Below are positions 60,028 through 64,000 of a DNA stretch of 64,000 nucleotides, piece by piece. This stretch comes from Narcine bancroftii (lineage: Eukaryota): NCBI RefSeq assembly GCF_036971445.1, contig NC_091474.1:216442001-216506000 (forward strand), read 5' to 3'. The position numbers and the translations under genes were made by a program. The notes below the pieces were generated by a model. That model saw only the letters and a list, made by a program, of their open reading frames with translations. It was not told where the DNA came from and made no database searches. How positions within the stretch are numbered: the first letter of the stretch is position 1; each line of letters starts with the position of its first letter.

Positions 60028-63000
60028 GATAAGAACACCCCCTGCTCATTTACCATCCCTCCCCCTCTGTCCCCCCACAAAGAAGAAAGAAAAGGTAAGT
60101 AAGAACAGGACAAGAGACCTCTGTCCCCCAACAGAGGTGCCTATTATGTAAAGGTTTCTTACTGAGACCTGAAGGAGAAAGAAATGTCATTTTAATTTGA
60201 ATATTAATACCCATATTTTGTAAATAAGGACTTCATATCTTTCAAAATATATAACATTTGTCTCTTAAATAATAAGTAATTTTCTTAATGCCGGACTTCA
60301 GCATACCATCTTTCTATACCCAGGTCCATATCAGAATTGCAAGTAATGGTAATACAATTACCTGCTATTGCTAAAGGTATTTGGACAAACTTCTTTTGAT
60401 ACATATTCAATTTCAACTTAGGTTCAATATTCTTAATATCACTCAATAAAAAATAACATTGGATTTTGTGGGAATTTAATCCCCATTATTTGTTCCAACA
60501 ATTTACCCATTTCTAACCAAAAATATTTAACTTTAGGACACTGCTAAGAAAAATGCAAAAATGTACCAATTTCCTGTCCATATCTAAAATATAAAATACA
60601 AAAGAGTCTGATTCATTTTTATTTTTTTTATATGGTGTTAAATATAACTGATGAATATAATAATAACCATTCTATAATCTCACATTTATTGAACATTTCA
60701 TATTTTTGCTAAATATCCCAATCCAATCTCATTCATCTATTTGTTTGTTCATATTTACTTCCCAATCTTTACCTAAAATTATGAAGCTCTATTTTTCAGG
60801 CTTTCTTTTGTATTAACCTATACATCAATGAAATAAATTTATTTATATTTCCATTATGTAACAATGATTCAAATTTCATCTCTACTGGTAATAATAATGG
60901 CTCTTGACCATAATTTTCACAAAAAATCCATAACTTGATAATAAAAAATCAAGTATTTTCAGCTACCTTAACTTCATTCTGCTAAAAGAAAAATATTTCC
61001 TGCTTCAAAAGTATCTTCTATCTTCTTAATTCCCTGACACTGCTAAATTTAAAAAAAAATGTTTCCCATGGAAAACTTAATCAATCTATTTTGAAATAAT
61101 GGGTGTTTTTCCAGACAATAAAGCTCCTCCCTCAATTTCTTTATCAACCTTATTCCAAAGCTCAATTAAAAGCTTCAATATAGGAGTCTCTCTATTCATT
61201 GTTAACAAACTTAAATTTCATTATAAATAATATCTTGTGGGTTTGGTTCCACTATTTTACTAAGTTCTATATATACCAGTGGTTCTCAGCCTTTTTATTT
61301 CCACTCACATACTACTTTAAGTAATCTCTATGCCATAGATTCTCTGTGATTAGTAATGGATTCCTTAAGGTGGTAGGTCGGTGAGAAGAAAACGTTTGAA
61401 AACAACTGGTTTAATCATGTCTAATTGACTCATTATGTGTACAGTTTCATAACTCCAAAGAAAATGGCCCAATGACAAATTTTCTCAAGCAAAATATTTC
61501 AGTAACAATTGGGTATATAGTAATGATTCGTAATCTTCCCTTCCCACCCACATACCACCTTAAGCAATCCCTTACTAATCACAGAGCACTGATGGCATAG
61601 GGATTACTTAAAGTGGTATATGAGTGGAAATAAAAAATGGTTGAGAACCTCTGATGGAATTTTATTTAAATCATACATTACATTTAACAAAATGCAACTG
61701 GACAGCTTTGTAATAATTCATAAAATTAGGGGACTGAAAACCCCCTAAATTGCAATTCCAAGTTAGTTTATCCAAAGAAATTCTTGCTATCTTTTCTTTC
61801 CATAAAAAAATTCTAACTCAAGCATTTAATTCATTTTTAAAAATTGAGAAAATGGAATAGGAATCAATTGAAAAAGTTATTGTATTCTAGGATTTTTTTA
61901 AAATCTTAACACAATTTATTCTACCTATTAAAGTAATATTCAATCTTTCCAAATCTTTCTTTATTCTGTTTTAATAATGGGGAATAATTTAATTTAAATA
62001 ATTTTTAAAATTCAGCTTTCACCCGAAAACTTAAATATTTTATTCCCACATCTGGCAATTTAAAATGAATTACCTGCTAACAATTTGCATAATTCCCTTT
62101 TACTAAAGGCATAATTTCATCTTTATCTCCAATTTATTTTATAACCAGATATTTCTCCTTATTCTTTTAATCTAAATTTAATTTGGTGCAACAAATTTAA
62201 TGGGTATGTTAAATAAATCAAAATATCATCCTCAAACAAAATTAATTTATGTTCTTCTTGATTCACTTTAATACCCTTCATTTTTGAATCCTTTCTTATT
62301 AATTCAGCAAAAGATTCAATTGCTAAAACAAATAAAGCAGGCAACAGTGAACAATCTTGATTTAGTCAATCGAAAAGTTGTTGAAATTTTTCCATTTGTC
62401 ACTACTTTTACAGTAGGTTTCTTGTATATTATTTAAATCCAATCAATAATTATTGACCCTAACCCAAATTGTTTTAAAAATTTTAAAAGAAAATCCAATT
62501 CTATTCTCTCAAATGCTTTTTCTGCACCTAATGCTACTGCAACATTTAAATCACATTTTTTTTTGAACTAAATGCATTAATCTAATCAATTTGCCACATT
62601 ATCTGCAGATTTCCTATTTTTAACAAATCCAGTTTGATCCATCTGTATTAACTTTGGTAAATATTTTATCAATTTATTTGCTAACACTTTAGCTGATAAT
62701 AATCTGTCCTCTTAAATAAGATTTATATGCTTCTCATATAACAAATTATTCTCTACTTATAATTAATATCTGAAAAATATTGATTTTATTTTCTTATAAA
62801 TTCAAAAAGAGTCCACTCTTTTTAACATCATCTATATGGTGAAGGTTCTTTGTACATACCATTAAAAGTGGGGAATGATCTGATAATATTCTAGATTTAT
62901 ATTCAACAATATTAATTCTTCCCTGTAGCTGTGCAAAAATTAAGAAAAAATTCTGTTCTTGAATAAGAATCATGTCTTTGGGAATAAAAAGAATAATCTC

Positions 63001-63384
63001 TCTCCTTAGGGTTTAACTTATGCCAAATATCTTTTAAATTCAATTCCTCATCAAAATGAATGTACTTTCAGCCATTTTAGTTTTATTTTTACCATTTTAG
63101 TTAACTTATCCAATATAGGATCTGAACAATAATTAACATGTCCACCCATTAATATTATTTTTCATGTGACTGACAAATGTAGAAAAGTATCACGTATAAA
63201 ATTCTCATCATCTATATTTGGTGCATAAATACTCAAGTGTCAACATATCAGAATAAATTTGACAATGAACCAAAACATATTTTCTCACAGGATCTGTTAT
63301 AACACTTTAAATTTTCACCAGTAATGTTTTCTTTATTATTACTACTCCTTTTGCTTTGGAATTAAAGGATGAAGATAACACTTC
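59936..63384 (-). mobile_element. Decayed L1/Tx1 ORF2 (EN, RT, C-terminus) and 3' UTR
   Basis: SSFNSKAKGV, YAPNIDDENF, YSFYSQRHDSYSR, LSDHSPL, DQTGFVKNRKSADN, AEKAFERIE, LFVLAIESFAE, LFEDDIL; (TA)n at 59994-60022 in the tail region. Confidence 0.85.
61277..61653. mobile_element. hAT-Charlie-type composite MITE (copy 2)
   Basis: Outer TIRs CAGTGGTTCTCAGCC / GGTTGAGAACCTCTG with about 100-bp inverted arms; internal TIR GAAAACAACTG ends 61408. Confidence 0.8.
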
Positions 63385-64000
63385 ATGCAGAGTGTGATGG
63401 CATGAGGGAAGGAGGTGGAACAAGATTCTCCCAAGGGAAAAATTTTAAAGCCCAAAAATAAAAATTTTGAAAATAATTTACAGACATTAAAAACTCTTGG
63501 TACCTACCTGCAACATGCTGGGCATGGCTGGGAGAGGAAAGAAGACAGCAAATACTAATTTAACAGTGAGTAAAGTAGTGAAGAAAACAGAGAATGTACA
63601 CCCTACCTTAACAGTGGACCCTGGGGCTCAGGTTCCAGAGCTTCCATGAACAATGGGAGCAAAATCAGCCATCCTGAAGCTGTTACCAGTGCCACCTCCC
63701 TGGGGAACTGGGGAAGATGACACTGGAGCCGTGAAGATCTCACCCGAGAAGCACCAGAATATACAATGCATGCGCAAAGTTTTACCTTCACGCATGTTCA
63801 GTAAAGAACAACAGGCCTCTGAATTGACACTCGATAGCACCACTTCTAGCGCTGGTAGAATGAAGGTACTACAACTTGGGACAGAGCTGTCAGAAACAGA
63901 TGGAAAAGAAGACCAAGAGGAATCAGATGAAGATGAAGAATTAGAAGAAAGCCAAATTTCAATTATAAAGAATCTTCTTTCATTATTGAAGGGGCAATTC
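63385..64000 (+). mobile_element. Probable L1 5' UTR and ORF1 N-terminal remnant
   Basis: ATG at 63524 gives MAGRGKKTANTNL...; acidic DGKEDQEESDEDEELEESQISIIKNLLSLLKGQF at the window end, like the pre-coiled-coil region of fish L1 ORF1. Confidence 0.45.

Overview
AT-rich eukaryotic DNA with no recognisable host protein-coding exon. It is a dense, heavily nested field of transposable elements. The repeat complement (abundant CR1 LINEs, Penelope-like elements with GIY-YIG endonuclease, Rex1/Babar, L1/Tx1, V-SINE-type tRNA SINEs) suggests a cartilaginous fish (shark/ray); this is inference. Best-preserved elements: a 5'-truncated RTE LINE (28.9-31.0 kb), a CR1 RT (35.5-37.4 kb) and a Gypsy pol segment (8.0-10.6 kb). 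Decayed Gypsy, BEL/Pao and L1 elements pile up at 47-64 kb. Most notable: degenerate minimal hammerhead-ribozyme motifs at Penelope-like termini; an apparent solo LTR with a TSD that encloses an inverted pol; a 23-bp minisatellite grown from a BEL Gag zinc-knuckle codon stretch; a composite hAT MITE present twice; a probable L1 twin-priming inversion; a four-level nested insertion; a 410-bp fold-back duplication; and a Chapaev3-type transposase remnant. I see no evidence for a novel multi-gene system. Element boundaries are read by eye and are approximate unless a TSD is quoted.
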